Positions 30,346 through 46,600 of a DNA stretch of 64,000 nt are shown in pieces. Source of the DNA: the human T2T-CHM13v2.0 reference genome, Homo sapiens; the NCBI RefSeq assembly GCF_009914755.1, contig NC_060947.1. One strand, 5' to 3'. A model generated the notes under the pieces. That model ran no database searches. It was not told the origin of the DNA and saw only the letters and a list, made by a program, of their open reading frames with translations. Position 1 is the stretch's first letter; every line of letters starts with the position of its first letter. The translations under genes were made by a program, and so were the position numbers.

Positions 30346-31785
30346 CCCTAGCCTCCCTCAGAATCAGAAATTGTAAATGAAGCTTTGATTCACAGTTGTA
30401 AGAAGCATGGTATGCATATATAAATATAAATATTACATCTATGTCTACAGATATATGTAAATAGCTTTTTTTGCTCATATATTTTGTTGATTCTGACTAA
30501 TTTCAGTAATCACAAGAGCAATTTGTTTCCTTATGTCAGAAGTTTAAATGGTTGAAAACCTGTTCTTGTTTTCAATCTCAAGCAATTTTAAAAGGCAAAA
30601 GATTTATGTGATCTGAAGAGAAACCAGAGTATTGCAAGCAATTTTTCATGGTATAAAGAGTTAACACAACAGCAATAACCCCTGAAACATTAAACTTATG
30701 ACGTAATTAACCTAATAAAAAACCATGTAATACATTGTTCGGTTCTTAATTACACGTCACTTCTGAAATGTTTACACTAGTAAACGTGAAATCACTGGGT
30801 CTCAATTTCTGTAATCATCAAATAAATACAATTACCAGGTTGATTTTAGGATTAAATTTTAAAATTTCACGTATTCTTTGCATAAGTGCATGCATTATGA
30901 TTTTATATTTGAATGCATATCAAGTAGTTGAAGATTTAGCTAACATGACTGTTAAATAATGAATAGGGATTGATGTATTTTTAAGAGTAGTGAACATCTA
31001 TTTGACCCACTGTAAAAGTGTAAAATCGAATCACTTAGTTACCACCATAGTGACAGTACAACTTACTGCAGACAGAAATGCAGGCAGCTCTCTTTGGTAG
31101 GAACAAAATCATCCTATTCCCTCAAAACCACCTTGTCTAGATGGTTCATTTGACATTAATACGTGGAGACAAGCCATCATGAGGGGGGACATTTAGAATA
31201 GATGTCTTACACATGCAGACCTCATATCGATGTATTAAAATATTGGCAATGAACTGTCTTCTCCTTCACAGAATATATGATTTTACCAAGGCAAGTATGG
31301 ATGCAAAGTTATTTCCACAAGAATGTTTCAGAATTAAAAGGAATTGCTAAAGTCTCATTTACACCAATAAAATTAAAGATGGAAGAAAAATGATTCTCAT
31401 TCTTTGACATATCAAGTTCACATTTCTGAACACCACAAAAAAATTATGTACTTTAAGAAGGTTCATATAGAAATAAAAAGATGATTACCAGACCAAGAAT
31501 ATCATAGTGGCATCATACTTATCATAGAACACATATGAGATTATTAAACATTAGAGTCATAATGAAAATCAGTGGAGACAGTGAGAGAATGTGATTCAAG
31601 TTCATAAATAAAAATCAGCAATGAACGTTCAATGGCTAGAATTCTGTTCAATGGCTAGGATTCAATGATTTTTTTAGAAGGTGAAGAAAACACCTAGTAC
31701 AGCCAACTTCTCTGAAAATCTACCACCTCAGTCATCCCCACTGATTCAATCTCTTGACGGTGTACCCTGACAAAAGATTTGCCTA

Positions 31786-32292
<507 letters not shown>

Positions 32293-32775
32293 TTACTCTT
32301 ACAGTAAAACTTAAAACCAAGAAAGGCAAATATGAAACAAAAGTGACACAATATAAATCAAAATGAATAATAAATGCAAACAGGAAAAACATACATAAAT
32401 TCTGAGATTGTATGTTTCCTGTAAGAAGACAAAGATTTTTATCTTTCATTGAACCTGAGTGATGATAGGCTGACTTCCCTAGGAATCTGTCAGGACAGTC
32501 CTATTTTTTCCCTTCCTGTTTGTAGTGACTGTGGTAGTCCCTACCTTCTTGGAAACCGGGTGAGATGCAATGCTTCTTCATAGTGCATCAGGCAGGTCCA
32601 TCCAAACACCTGTACAAACACTGAGACCAGGCCACTTTATTCCTGCATTCGGTATTGCAAGGCTCAAAAGGTTTAAAGATAGCAATGATGCAGGGGAAAA
32701 CATCTTTAAGTAAATAGGTAGACATTCAATGCTAGAACCTTACAGCAAGTAATGAAATGGGATCTGAAAATGTTA

Positions 32776-33815
<1,040 letters not shown>

Positions 33816-34714
33816 AGAACCACATACAAACATCTGAGTAGTACTGACTGTCCACAGATTATGAATTTCAAGGAGAAAGGGAAGAAGAAAGAGTAAAAAC
33901 GCAAGGCATTTTCCCAAGGGCCTCCCTCCCCGGTATTCCACCCACATCTCCTAAAGTGGGGCTAGATGGTGTGGCTCTGTGAGACAGAAGGTTGAGTGTT
34001 TACTGCAAGTTAGTCAACAGAAAAGAAAGGGGAAAAGCAAGTAGGCAGTGTATTTTGAACAGCCATTCCCCAGGGCCTGTGGAAGTTGTCAATTTAGGTT
34101 ATGTAATTTTATTTGCCCAGTTCCATTCAATATCTCTATTCATTGACATTAATATTCTTTCTGGTTGCATTTTTACTTTGCCATTTTCAAAGGAGACGGT
34201 GCTTATAGAAGTAAATCTTTATGACTTTATTGAGGATTCTTCGATATCCCTCTGCTACTGAGTTTATGAAGGAGAAAATATTGTCTTTTTCAACATAAAT
34301 CTAAGTTTTATGTAACAGGACAATATTTGGTAATTTTACTCATTTTCTGAAAGAAGTATGAGGTAAACTACCATATGTCCTCGGTATCCATCCATTATTT
34401 CAGAGTGTACAGATTGCTTATCTTTAAAGATAAAATTATTGTAATTCCGAGACATGATGGAAAAAAACTGAGATGAAGTCTATTTTCATCAGCACAAGTA
34501 AATCAAAGGACATCACCTAAATAATTCATTTTTCTAAAGTAGTTTGATGTTTGGGATCAATATAATTATGCCAGCATCTTGATACATGGATGGACAAAAC
34601 CTGAAAATACACACTGTACATTTCATAATGTGTTATTTTAAAACTACTGTACTTACAGAATTGTGCCTAAGTCTTTTTTTGAATACCGAACACCTGCTTT
34701 CGTGTATTTCCTAG

Positions 34715-35096
<382 letters not shown>

Positions 35097-35647
35097 TAAG
35101 TTGCATATTTTCAACACCTGTCTTCTTCAAAGCTCAACTGCCAAGTTTTCTTTTATTTAATGCGTATTGAGAATCACTGAAACAATAACTTTCCTGTATT
35201 TTAATGAGGTTTCTTTTTCCCTCTTCTATTTTATTTTTGGAGAATTCTTTATACAGTAGAAGAATCATGAAGAAAATGCCTTGAAAAATAAAAATAAATA
35301 AAATACTGTAGCCTCATGGACATATTAGATGAGGCAATCACTGATTAATCTTTTGAGACACGTCTGATAAACTTGGAATCTATCTATATTGGGAATGTCA
35401 ACCACTTTTTAAATTTTGACTTTTTGTTTTGGAAAGAGCATGTGAGAAGTGGATAATTACAAGTATTTGGCATTTGAAAGATTTCTGTCCTGGTGTCCCA
35501 AATGTCTCTGCTTCCGTGATTTAAGCATGGGAAGCAAGGGACTGTGAGTAGGCTTATATTATAAATAGCAGCAGACAAGCCCTGAGACTCTGCAGTCTTG
35601 ACCTTGAAGAGTACTCAGTCTTTATGATTCCAGCAAAGTGCTGGTGA

Positions 35648-37079
35648 TGTTACTGAACCCATCTGGGGTCTCCTTAACCGGCACAGTAAGGCCAAACATT
35701 CACACTGTGGTTTTGCAGCAAGAGAAAGGAGGGCATTTATTTGCAGGGTACCAAGCAAGGAGAATGGGGCAGGTCACACTTCACACCCAACCTCCCTGAT
35801 GGCTTGCAAGTAATGGGTTTTAAACGCAGGGGTACATTTCAGTAAAGCAGAAGTCACAGGCAACATCCTAAATCAATACACGGATATTATACATTGGTTT
35901 AGTGACAGGCCAGGTCTCACTAACACAGGCCTCCATAACAACTGTTTCAGCACTGACCGAGTGGTGAAGTTAAATCTTAAAAGCTGAAAGAGCCAGCACC
36001 TTTATACAAAAGTTGGAATATAACAAAAGCCCACCAAGAGTTCTGCCCAGGGCTTTGCTTGGCCTCGAAACATGGCAAGATAACGAAGGAATTTTTAACA
36101 GGACCTGTTTAGGATGAAACAAGGTTTTTTTTCTTTACGGACGTAAAGAAACTCCCCAGACCTCCACAAACAAGTTTATGGGGGTCTGAAGGAACTCCCC
36201 AAACCTCCATGATATAGCAGGAGATAAGATAAGGGTAATCACCCCAGCACCTGGACCCATTTGGATTAAGTCAATTTACTGAGGCTCCAGAGGAAGGTCT
36301 CCAGGACTCAGACCTTAGTTCTAGATTAGAAGAAGTTCATCACTAATGTCTTTAGATGGATGCACACTTACACATAGACTTATAGCTTAGAAATAGAAGC
36401 TCTGGAAAACTTGGTAATTTTGAGTTGGTCTGGCAACAATTTCCAGGCCATCTCCCCGTGCCCAGTTACAGAAATAAACTGGCTTCTTTCCCAGTTCATC
36501 TGAACCTTGTTATTGGGCCACACGAATAAGCAGCCCAACCCTCAGTTTGGTCTGGGAACAGTTTGACCTAAAAAGGTGGATATCTTGAAGTGGGAGGCCC
36601 ACAGATTACAGGTAGATTCAAAGATTTTCTGATTTGTGATTGGTTAAGGAGGCAACGTTTTATCTCAAAAGACTGGGTTCAGCAGAAAAGAATGTTAGCT
36701 CTGACCTGTGGGTGTGACTTCTTCCAGTCCCCTCAGGAAGAAATTTAAAACAAAGGTTGTGGGTCAGAGTTCAGTCTTTTGTTTCCCCTTATCTGAGGTC
36801 TACATGCTAGTAGATCCGTTTGGTGCGGTTGTGGGTTTCTGAAGAACAACTCAGGTACCTGTGTTAAAATGTTAACTTTTATTCCATGTGGGAACCAATC
36901 ATCTCATGACTCTAACTTTCTTGGCTATTGTTTAAGCTATGGTTACCTTCTTGCATATCAAGTTGCTCGTTTACTTCTCAGGGTTAGCCAGGTGCCTGGA
37001 ATTTCCCTTGATGGAACTCAAGATTTTCTTATATTTCTATGCTTGAAGGGGCACCCTGCAAGCCCCCTGCCCCGTCTCA
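35648..37079 (-). mobile_element. ERV1-class solo LTR (subfamily uncertain), interrupted by a PABL-like LTR
   Basis: tgttactgaacc...tctca termini, TSD gtga/gtgg; the sequence is continuous across the inner insertion. Confidence 0.75.
35901..36560 (+). mobile_element. PABL_A-like ERV1 solo LTR
   Basis: 660 bp, gtgacaggccaggtctcactaac...ccctcagtttggtctgggaaca, TSD gttt; family name from recall. Confidence 0.7.
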
Positions 37080-38017
37080 GTGGAGGGGGGAATTTAGGAT
37101 AAGAGAGTGGTCTTCAATAAAAGTTTTGTTATGGCTGGCTGTTATTTTAGTAGACTTTTTAAAAAGTTCCTAACGGTCAATGCTTTGCATTGCTAAACGG
37201 CTAAGCTTTTTTGTGTTATTTTAATAATTTTTTGCTTAATCCTGGCTGCTCTGCCTATGGAGTAGCCATTCTTTTATTCCTTTACTTTCTAAAGTACTAA
37301 ACAGGACAAAATTTTATAACTGACATCTTACAACATTTAAAATCCCCATTTGACAAAACGTAAAAGTCATCATCACTCAGATGCCTAACATGTATAAATC
37401 TATGTCAAAATCCTTTAGAATGTATCTCTAACTCTAGAAACTGACAATAATGAATGGATGAATTTCACTGGAGCCCTCTTGCCCTGGAAAACAGGGATGC
37501 TTAAGAAATCCTTCCTCTTTTGGGTCCAGCAAGGAACATCTTTCCTAAGACTTAGGTGAGAAAGTCTGAGGTCACAGCCTCTCAACACCCCCCCACCCCA
37601 TCCTACATCTTGTTTTTGATCGACAAAGTCACACCAAGCCCTTCAAATATTGATTCATTGTGTTTTAAATGATTAACTGAATTGTTTTATCCCCATGCAT
37701 TAGTCAGAACAACAGGCTTGCTAAAGGAACTTTTTGTTAACAAGCATATTGCCTGTCTTTAACAGGCGCTTGAGAATAGCTGGCCTGGAGTAAAACATCC
37801 TCTCACCTACTGATTGAATCAGTTACCTTTTCATCTTCCATCCCCATAAAAGAAAAGCTCCTTTTCCACCTAACCTTTGAGATGCTAGCAGATATCATAG
37901 AAGGAGATTTCACCCGACTGCTGCTATAGTCATCCTGTTGCAATCACCCTATCCGGGAAAAATGTCTATTTACATAAATCCAAATTTGCTTTTCACACGC
38001 CAACATTCCCCTCCCAC

Positions 38018-38316
<299 letters not shown>

Positions 38317-39734
38317 CCCATGTGATCATTCAGGCAAGCAGAATAAGGGCTTGACTGATCTCAGAATTTATTCAAGGAAATATAACAAAAACCTATGGCT
38401 TTTTTTTCTATCTCTGAATATATTTTTATTGAGGAAACAATTTTTGATGGAAAGAAAAAAATGGGTGTTGAAGTCAGACATATCTGGTTTATATCATTGC
38501 CCCTTTTTTAACCGGCCCCCTGACCTTAAATACAGGCAAGTTACTTGCAGGTGACTTACGTCCTTTAAGCCTGTGTTTATTCATTGGAGGGAGGAAAATT
38601 CTCACAACAGAATGATTTCAAATACCATTTAAAACTAATATTTGTGGATGTCCATAGAAACAAAAGCTCAGTTACATGAAAGACTACTAATGGAATGGAA
38701 AATTGTTCATCTGTCCTCATGCCAAGTTCTCACCAAGTTAATCATTTCTCATTATTTCTTCAACTCTCCTTTCAGCCAAGATGATACTTCCGACTTCTTT
38801 ATGAACATTAAGATACATTTATTTACTCCAACCTAACAATGAAAAGTAATGCACCCTTATAATCTTCATAACTTTTATAATTCTTCATTGTTTGAAAGAT
38901 TCAGTCTAAAAATAATATTTTTATATCTCTATTTCTTGAACCATTACATATGGACTGTAGGATATCACATCTCTCTCTAAGTGATTAGTAAAGTAGGCAT
39001 TATATATTTTCCTTGATATCTCCTCTTGCCTTCCTTAATTTACATTGGCTTTCTCACTCATTAATTGATCAAAGTTTGAAACTGATATTTTTTAATCTGT
39101 AAAAATAATGACTTCCTATTGGCTTCCAATAATGTTGATTCTGAAAATTAAAAACCAATCAATAGAATTGAGAATAATCCTTATGTGGATATTTACCAGT
39201 GGACTCCAGGGAGTATGAATGAATCTACAGAAACCTGTGTGATTTAGTCCCATGATATTAAACATGAACTGCTTTAAGTATAGTCCACGTATCAAGACAG
39301 TCATATTCTTCTTTCTTAAAATCCAGCACGTTACTTGAAAACATTGCATGACTGTGATTTTCCCTGGAGTTCACAATTGCTGTTCTATTTCTCATTGTCA
39401 AGAGAAACATCTACTCTTCCTCCCTTATCTCAGTAAGAGTTCCTTTTTGATATTCAACCTTCTTTGAATGGACTGTTTTTTTATATTTTTCTTCTCAAGG
39501 TATCTCTCAGCAGGCTTCTCTATTTCTTTGAGTCACTGGGTGAAATCATGGGAAAATATTAGTTTGTCATGCTATCCTATTTTAATGTCTTTCCTGTAGG
39601 TGGTATTTCAGGTGTACTTGATATATTTTCTGGGCTATTCCAGATATTAGTGAATTATCTGATTCATTCACATTTAAATGGCCAATGCAATCCAAAATAT
39701 AATTTCAATCTGTTATTATATTTAAAAATTCCAG

Positions 39735-40038
39735 GCCAGGTGCAGTGGCTCATGCCTGTAATCCCAACTGTTTGTGAGTCCCAGGTAGGCAGATCGCTTG
39801 AGTTCGGGAGTTCAAGACCAGCCTGGGCAACACAGTGAAAGCCCATCTAAACACAAAATGAAAAAAATTAGCCAAGCATGGTAGCACACACCTGTAGTCC
39901 CAGCTACTCAGGAAGCTAAGATGAGAGGGTCACTTGAGCCTGGGAGGTCAAGGCTGCCGTCAACTGAGATCGAGCTACTGCACTCCAGCCTGGGCAACAG
40001 GGTCAGGCCCTGTTTTTTTTTTTGTTTTTTTGTTTTTA
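39735..40038 (+). mobile_element. AluJ followed by a T-rich tract instead of an A tail
   Basis: Alu dimer ending gggtcaggccctg, then tttttttttttgtttttttgttttt. Confidence 0.85.
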
Positions 40039-40498
40039 ATTATCACTTTCCATTCATCTCCTAACCTTTTTCAAGTTTGCAAAGGTATATGGAGAAGGGT
40101 GCCATGCTCACTTATACAATTTTTTTCCTTGGGTAGTTATTGCTCCTACAGGACGTATCGCGACACCCTGCAGCTCTTGCTTCCAGCTTCTGGCCATACT
40201 TTGGGCCCTATTTTTCCTGCAGAGTCACATTCCTAGAGGAGAGAACTTTCATCAGAGACCTACCTGGGGGCTCAGGGCTGCCATCTTTCAGAAGACACTT
40301 GGCCCAAGGAAACTGTCAATCATTTTGTGCTGCCCAACAACACCAGACAACCAAGCCTATATTCTTGCAGTCTCACCTCTTTATTCAGCCTTCACTGAGG
40401 TTTGCAGACAACCTGGTACCATTCAACTTCTTCAGGTAAGAATCATCTTGCAGGCTCTCTAGTCTCTGAACCCCAGATTCACTCAGAAGGTCTCTTGA

Positions 40499-40833
40499 TG
40501 CTATGCTTTGAATGTTTGTGTTCCCCTAGAATAACATCTTGAATCTTAATGTCAAGGTGATGGCATTAGGAGATGGGAGGTGATGAGGGTGGCGCCCTCA
40601 TAAATAGGATTTGTGCTTTTATAAAAGGGACCCCAGAGGTCTCCCTTACCCCTTCCACCATGTGAGAACACAGTGAGAAGTTACCATCTATTAATCAGGC
40701 TGTGAGTCCTCACCAGATACTAAATCTACCACTTTTTTTCCAGTCTCCTGACATGTAAGCAATAAATGCCTGTTGTTTAGAAGCCACTCAGTCTATGGCA
40801 TTTGTGTTATTGCAGCCCAAATAGGGTAGGACA
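40499..40833 (+). mobile_element. MLT1A-like MaLR LTR
   Basis: tgctatgctttgaatgtttgtgttcccc...gcagcccaaatagggtaggaca; TSD cttga/ctgga. Confidence 0.85.
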
Positions 40834-41036
40834 CTGGATGTCCTCTCAGTCAATTTCACAGTGGAATCTCTCTGATATTCTCCTATCAGCAGGGAAATGC
40901 ACAGTACTTGAAAATGTCCCATGAAGGAGCTCTCACCAGCTCTCATTATTTCACTGGATACTAACCTTATCCTTATGTATCATGGAGATTGGAGATGAGC
41001 TTCGGGGTCAAGATTTCTGCCTAGGTCATCTAGTGC

Positions 41037-41510
41037 TGAGTGTGGAGGAAGGAAGAGACTGGTCAGGCAGGCAGTTAGGGTGGGTTCTTGGTTAAGTTCT
41101 TTCAAACAAAGGAACAGTCTGCAGGCACAGATAAGGGAACTTGCACACAGGGGGCTTGCCTGAGATATGCCCACAGCTGCACAGATAAGAAGGGCTACAC
41201 AGGAGACTTTCTCAGACATGCCCACAATGGAAAATTCTGTCCCCTGACACATGCACTGTAAGGGCCACAAAGCAATATGGAATTACTCAAGCTAAGGGGT
41301 CTCATGCACACTAGGAGTATGCGGTAGAGCTCCCAGAAACTGTGAAATGGCAACCCATTTTCAGGACCTCTCTCTGTGGCAGAGAGCTTTCTCTCTTTTG
41401 CTTATCAAACATCTGCTCTAACCTCTCCTTTGGTGTGTCTGCATCCTTGATTTCCCCAGCTATGAGACAAAGAACTTTGGGTGGCACGTCAGACAGCAAG
41501 GCCGGTTTCA
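41037..41510 (+). mobile_element. ERV1 solo LTR (MER51/MER61-like)
   Basis: tg...ttca termini, TSD gtgc/gtac, U5-like gagacaaagaactttggg. Confidence 0.65.
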
Positions 41511-41746
41511 GTACTTTATTTTTGGACATGATGTTTCTTAGCTTTGGAGCCTCTTCTGAAATCAAGGAAACCAGCTTAATTTCACATGTGTGCACATACA
41601 CACACACTCACACATGCATGCACACAGACACACACACATATATAACATACTAGTGTATGTGTGTGTGCGTTTACTAGATTCCTGAAGGATATTTCCTTTA
41701 CTATTAACAGTTTGCATCTATTTCTATGTCTATGACTATGTTTATT

Positions 41747-42308
41747 GTGAAAATAAATATAAGTTAAAAGCTGTGGAGCCCCCAAAAATACTTTAAGCCT
41801 TGAGAGAGATGTGACTGTGATCTGAGGCACATATGGTGACAACTTCTGCTCTCAGATCATAGATTAATTCACTTTTTAATTTTCCTTGTTCTGTACAAAG
41901 ACTAGAGAGAATTAAGCAACATAAGAGAAAAAAAAACCTTCTGCCTTTTTAATTAACGATGCTTGTGATTGATTAACCTCCCCTGGGTTGCCCTGCTTCA
42001 CTTAGACTAGATGAAGAAAATCCATCACTATTACACCCTCTGTTAAAAAAAGTTAAATGTACTCTTCCCAAAAAGAAACTGCCTATAACCAATCCAACTG
42101 CTGTAAATATGTGCCAACCTTGTATGAATAATGTGGTAATCTTGCTAAAAACCCCTCTGTCTCTGCCTCTATAAATGAAACCTTAACATGCCTACTCCAT
42201 AATTTTGGAGTTGGTGTGCTGGGTGTGATTCATCCATCTTCACACTTTGCTCTTGAATAAACTTTCTTTGAATTAGATTCTGATCTTTTTGGTTATTTAA
42301 GGTTGACA
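41747..42308 (+). mobile_element. ERV1 solo LTR (MER4/MER34 group)
   Basis: tgtgaaaataaa...tataaat...aataaact...ggttgaca; similar to 45137-45702. Confidence 0.7.
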
Positions 42309-42419
42309 CTACGTTTGTATCTATGATTCTTTCATAGACATCTGAAAGATGTGTCCTCGGTTGTTAAAGGCTTTCATATATTTCTACATGTGTACACAGT
42401 TCTATGTCTATGTGAGGGA

Positions 42420-43475
42420 TTCTTGAAGGACTCTTCAGGCTGCTGTTACAGATACCATGAACTGGAGGGCTTACACAACTTATTTCTCAGAGTTTTGGAA
42501 GCTAGAAATCCAAGATCATCAAGACTCCAACCTGCTTTCTGGAGAGGGCTCTCTTCCTGCTTTGTAGATGGTCAGCTTCTCACTGTATCTTCATATGGTA
42601 TAACCACCCAGTGGATTCATCTTGCTTGCTGCCTAAACAGAGCCGATTTCTCAAGACAGGGGAATTGCAATAGAGAAAGAGTAGTTCATGCAGAGCTGGC
42701 TGTGCAGGAGACTGGAGTTTTATCAGTACTCCAATCAGTCTCCTCGAGCATTCAGGGATCAGAGTTTTTAAGGATAATTTGGTGGGTGGAGGAGAAGGCC
42801 AGTAAGTCAACAGTGCTAATTGGTTGGATTGGAGATGAAATCATAGGGAATTTAACCTGTCCTCTTGGGCTAAGTCCGTTCCTGGTTGGGGGCCACCAGA
42901 TCAGATGAGCCGGTTTATCAACCTGGGTTGTGCTAGCTGATCCATCAAGTGCAGGGTCCACAAAATATCTCGAGCACTGATCTTAGGAGCAGTTTAGGGA
43001 GGCTCAGAATTTTGTAGCCTCCAGCTGCCTGACTCTTAAACCATAATTTCTAATCTTGTGGCGAATTTATTAGTTTTACAAAGGCAGTCTAGTCCCCAGG
43101 CAAGAAGGCGATTTGTTTTGGGAAGGGGCTGTTCTTTGTTTTAAACCATAGACTAAGCTCCTCCCAAAGTTAGTGCAGCCTATGCCCAGGAATAAACAAG
43201 AACAGCTTGGAAGTCAGAAGCAAGATGGAGTTGGTTAGGTCAGATCTCTTTCACTGTCTCAGTCATAATTTTGCAAGGGTGGTTTCAATGACAGAGAGAA
43301 AAAGAGAGCTCTGGGCTGGTCATCTTCTTACAAAGGCACCGATCTCATCATGGGAGCCCCACCTTCAGGACATCATCTAAAACTAATTATCTCCTAATGC
43401 TCCATTTTCAAATACATCTCATTGGGAGTTCAGGTTTCAGCCTATTGGGGGGACACAAACATTTAGTCTATGGTA
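42420..43475 (-). mobile_element. MLT1A-like LTR interrupted by LTR8
   Basis: caggctgctgttacagatacc...tcttcatatgg [LTR8] cagagag...gggacacaaacatttagtctat. Confidence 0.8.
42599..43287 (-). mobile_element. LTR8 solo LTR
   Basis: 689 bp, ends ...cactgtctcagtcataattttgcaagggtggtttca; TSD atgg/atga. Confidence 0.85.
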
Positions 43476-43642
43476 CCTCCTTACCTGTCAACATTTTACG
43501 TCTTTTTCCATGTCAATGTCTACATCTACGTTTACAACCATTTCTGTTTATGTTGTAGGAGCCAAGGGAAAAACCTCCCCTTTGCTCTCTGAACATTCAC
43601 TAAAAATCAACTGCCAATAGGCAGATTAATAAGGTTCCATAC

Positions 43643-44669
<1,027 letters not shown>

Positions 44670-45136
44670 ATATGAATTTATTCATGTGGGTGGAGTCTTA
44701 CAAAATTTCTTAAAGAAATGGCCAGATGGTTGATGCTTTTATACCATACTGGGGTTACATAAAGAATAATGGCTCAGAGCATGTGCAAAAACCCGATTAT
44801 AGTGGTAAATCAGGTTATGGTGTGAAGACAGGTTGTGGGAGAGGGAGTGGAGGCACCTGGCTAGCAAAGGTGGTCTCCTTATGCAGATGAAACCTTCCAG
44901 GTAGCATCCCTCAGAGAGATTAGATGGTGAATATATCTTTCAGATCTTAAAAGGTGTTAGATTCTTAGTTCATCTTTCATAGATGAGACAAGGGAGGACC
45001 TCAGAGAAAGCCTGGCTGTATTGAGGCAGATTTTTTCTGCAGATGCAAATCTCCCCCACAAAAGACAGCTTTTTAGCAATTTTTGTATTTACAACACTTC
45101 TGATTAGCCATCTTGAAGGATGCAAAGGAAATACAT

Positions 45137-45702
45137 TGTAAAAGAAAATAAGATTTCAGAACCCTCTAAGTTTATGATGCCAAGGGGAAAGTTAAATCCT
45201 GAATACTGAGTCACATAGCATATCTGCAATTTTGCTTTTTAGATTGTGGATTAACTGTCTTCCTCATTGCTTTTGTTCTGTAAATGACTAGAAGCGACCA
45301 GACATCAGACTTCCCCTTTCCCATCATTGATCTATGTTATAGATAGACTAACTGCATCCTTTATCATGTTGTGCCTAACTCAGAACAGATGATCCCAAGA
45401 CCCAAGATGACAGTTACATTTCAGTGTGGAATGTTGCATACACACCTCTCCCAAAAGAAAGACACCACTTTAAGTAACCAGATTGTCGTAACTATGCATC
45501 AAGCCTTACAGAGAAGGACAATGAAATTCTGTTAAACTTCCCTAAACTTTGTCCACATAAGGAATTAAAAATGTCCACACTTCAGAACCCTGACTTCTCT
45601 TCTTCAGAATCTTTGTTTTCTGTGTGACCTGTCCACAGACTTTGTCTTGAATAAACTCTCTTGGAGATAGAATCTGACATTTTTGATTGCTCTTGGTTGA
45701 CA
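45137..45702 (+). mobile_element. ERV1 solo LTR (MER4/MER34 group)
   Basis: tgtaaaagaaaa...ggttgaca, perfect TSD acat. Confidence 0.75.
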
Positions 45703-45864
45703 ACATTTCAGGGTAAAATGTTTTGATTTCTTTCAATATTTATGTAATGAATTGCTTTTCTAAAACCAGTTTATTGAGGTATGGTTGGCATAAAAAAGCT
45801 GTACATATTTATTATATACAATGTGATGTGTTTAAAGATGAGTATATGTCTATGAACCTATTGA

Positions 45865-46600
45865 ATTTAGTTTATAGTTTAATTTAAAAATAAAGGTAAT
45901 AACACTTAAAAAGCAAAATTGCAGACATGCTATGTGACTCAGTATCCAGGATTTAACTTTCCCCTTGGCATCATAAACTTTGAGGGTTCTGAAATCTTAT
46001 TTTCTTTTACAATGTATTTCCTTTGCATATTTCAATTTGGCTAGTCAGAAATGCTGTAAATATAAGAATTACTGATAACAGTAACACTGCCTTTGTAAAA
46101 CTAACAAATTAACCACAAGATTGAAGATTATGGCTCAGAAGCCAAGTAGCCAGAGGCCACAAGATTCCCAACTGCCCCAGTAGCTCCTACAGATAAAATT
46201 ACTATTGTAAAACCTAAGATTGGTGAGTGAGGTATTTTTTGGAGCCTGCATTCTGGTGAACCAGCAGGTGTCACCCAGATCAATAACCTATACCAGGAAA
46301 CTGGCTCAACTTGTCTTGTGGCTCCCACACAGAGACTGAAGACAGCTCCAATCCCCTATGAGTTCATCCCCAACCCAACCAATCGGCATTCTCCATTCCC
46401 TAGTCACCTGCCTACCCAATTATTATTTTTGAAAAAAACCCCTAGCCTCTGAATGTTCAGTGAGTCTGATTTGAGTAATAAACTCATGCCTTCCCTGTGC
46501 CTAGCCCTGTGATTCAACTCTTTCTCTACTGAAATACCACTGTCTCAGTGAATTGGCTCCATCTGTGCAGCAGGCAAGAAGAACCCATTGGGCAATTACA
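45865..46600 (+). mobile_element. 5'-truncated LTR8-family LTR carrying an inverted templated insertion
   Basis: atttagtttatagtttaa ... actgcctttgtaaaactaacaaatt ... caggcaagaagaacccattgggcaattaca. Confidence 0.7.

Noticed and set aside
42351-42961. 185-aa ORF and overlapping ORFs
   Set aside because: Lie across MLT1A/LTR8 sequence with no recognisable protein motif.
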